A DNA stretch of 64,000 bases, taken from positions 251,851,741-251,915,740 of the forward strand of contig CM041465.1 of NCBI GenBank assembly GCA_023213395.1, given 5' to 3'. Of the stretch, positions 63,648-64,000 are shown one piece after another. Below the pieces are notes generated by a model that made no database searches, was not told the DNA's origin, and saw only the letters and a list, made by a program, of their open reading frames with translations. A program made the position numbers and the translations under genes. This DNA comes from Cycas panzhihuaensis (lineage: Eukaryota; Plantae; Cycadophyta). The number at the start of each line of letters is the position of its first letter. The stretch's first letter is position 1.

Positions 63648-63693
63648 ACAAGTGCAAACACACATATTCACAAGTGTAAACACACATATTCAC
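63648..63693. repeat. 22-bp tandem duplication
   Basis: acaagtgYaaacacacatattc occurs twice. Confidence 0.85.
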
Positions 63694-64000
63694 TTTTATA
63701 ACATACCTTTCTTTTCTTTATGTTTAATAATATGTTGACTAGTTCACATTATTTTTTATGAAAGTATGAATGAGTAGACAAAGGGGTGGATTGCATACAA
63801 TACTTTTCTTATTGATAACACATTATGTTAGGGCATTTAAATATTAGCTTTTTAACCATTTCCCATATTATTTTAAGTTGAAAATTTTTGCATGCATTGA
63901 GCAATTAAACATGTCCATTTAAATTAAATTCTTTCAATAATATTTTGTGACCGATAATGTGTATAAAAATATTAAGCATATGTTCAATTATTTTTATACT

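Overview
AT-rich plant intergenic or heterochromatic DNA; the style suggests a large-genome plant such as a gymnosperm (inference). It is almost entirely nested, decayed retroelements, and I see no intact host gene. In order: a Ty3/gypsy chromovirus (<1-12547) carrying a full-length Ty1/copia (A, 225-7730) and a 322-bp TRIM (10829-11150); a minus-strand copia (B, 12630-21060); an old minus-strand copia (D, ~24093-37340) hosting a non-coding LTR element (E, 25129-27679) and a gag-protease-only LTR element (F, 29455-33711) flanked by a ~540-bp target duplication; a degenerate L1 LINE (~38100-43027); a plus-strand copia (C, 43028-48898) interrupted by a Tnt1/Tork-like copia (G, 48899-53978); a gag-protease remnant; a 5'-truncated RNase H-bearing L1 LINE with a 17-bp TSD (55622-60487); a 1.2-kb compound microsatellite; and a pseudogene of the small SERF/ZNF706-like zinc-finger family (62788-62956, -). 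Most notable: (1) a putative spliced, antisense, CpG-retaining cargo gene of unknown function inside element F; (2) a ~430-nt non-coding segment with apparent compensatory pairing, conserved just upstream of gag in divergent copia families (IRES-like candidate); (3) a recurring ~118-bp dyad-symmetric motif with 52/13/52 spacing in non-coding regions of four different LTR elements. All alignments and mismatch counts were done by eye and are approximate.
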